Source of the DNA: Saccostrea cucullata
Taxonomy: Eukaryota
DNA: 64,000 bases
Assembly: GCF_032062105.1 (NCBI RefSeq)
Contig: NW_026920581.1
Span: 1,178,001-1,242,000, forward strand
Reading direction: 5' to 3'
Positions 63,220 through 64,000 of the stretch are shown here, piece after piece. Position 1 is the first letter of the stretch, and the number at the start of each line of letters is the position of its first letter. The position numbers and the translations under genes were made by a program. Below the pieces are notes generated by a model. It was not told where the DNA came from. It searched no databases and saw only the letters and a list, made by a program, of their open reading frames with translations.

Positions 63220-64000
63220 GTGATTATTGTCACATACATGTATATTACTTTTTAGGTACATCTACCCACAGGTCACACCCATTTATATTACCCCCTTAGA
63301 TGCACCTACCTAATTGTCAAACCAATCTGTATTAGATCCATCTGGATTCAAATTCAGTTAAATTATTATATCCTTTGGGGAGGACTCCATGTTCTGTAGA
63401 AATAATGGGAGAGGACTATCTAAGTTTTGGGAACTTGTGTCAAATCCCTTTGACATGTTGTCAATAGATTATGATCAAAATAAAGGGGGAAGGGTCTTTT
63501 AAAAATTTTCTTTCAAAGAAAAGCAGGCCCAAGGTGACTCAGGTGAGCAATGTGGCTTATGGTTCTCCTATACACTGAATGAGGAAAATAAATATCTATA
63601 TATAAAAGTTAAATCAGTTTGTTTATGACAGTATTTTCTTCGGGCAAATATTTCAAAGATGTCTCTGATGAGACTTTAGTATGTCCTTATTTTGATATTT
63701 CTTGAAAAAAAATATCTATGTCAACACAGGAAACTTACTATATTCCTCAGTGACTTCTTATTGTAGGTAATATCGGCCCATCCTTCTGGTAATTAGAGTC
63801 ACCAGCAATAATTCTGAAAGTTGATCCCGTAAGCCGATTTCTCGGGGATTTCCATTAAGTACACTGATACTGACATAGAAATGAATTATTAAATTACAGA
63901 GATCCTTTGTGTATAAGGAATGGGAACATTTCTAAAGAAAAGTACCTATCTGACTAGCATTTTTTTCTGAAGTCTGGAGCAGATGTTCTATCCTTTCCTG

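Noticed and set aside
63655-63700. Hammerhead ribozyme core (ctgatgagac)
   Set aside because: The required GAAA and closing stems are not found after the putative stem II.

Overview
AT-rich, intron-containing animal DNA. The repeat families and RING-less TRIM-NHL genes are most consistent with a bivalve, probably an oyster (inference). Host genes recovered by manual splicing are: the last two exons of a protein kinase (+, 282-1888); a complete 7-exon YEATS4/GAS41 (-, 5574-9059); a tandem pair of B-box/coiled-coil/NHL (TRIM-like) genes (-, 25392-27091 intact; 29963-31656 with one in-frame stop); and the first four coding exons of an M28B glutamate carboxypeptidase II/NAALADase-like type II membrane protein (+, 55112-63219, continuing past the window). 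The centrepiece is a complete 8.5-kb Kolobok-type DNA transposon (13698-22200; TTAA TSD, AGGTCAAGTA TIRs) nested in an older MITE. It carries two convergent spliced genes. One is an 8-exon THAP + DDE transposase with one apparent 2-nt frameshift. The other is an intact 3-exon, 198-aa accessory protein matching the Zn- and GDP/GTP-binding cytoplasmic 'ballast' domain of vertebrate P2X7. The two genes share a mirror-image 18-bp CRE-containing upstream motif and a back-to-back palindromic pair of poly(A) signals. The rest is dense with non-autonomous elements: Helentron/HINE-type elements with 156- and ~167-bp satellite arrays, long-hairpin Crypton-like elements, a triple-nested MITE stack, other MITEs, and LINE and Penelope-like fragments. 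All calls come from reading the sequence; no searches were run.
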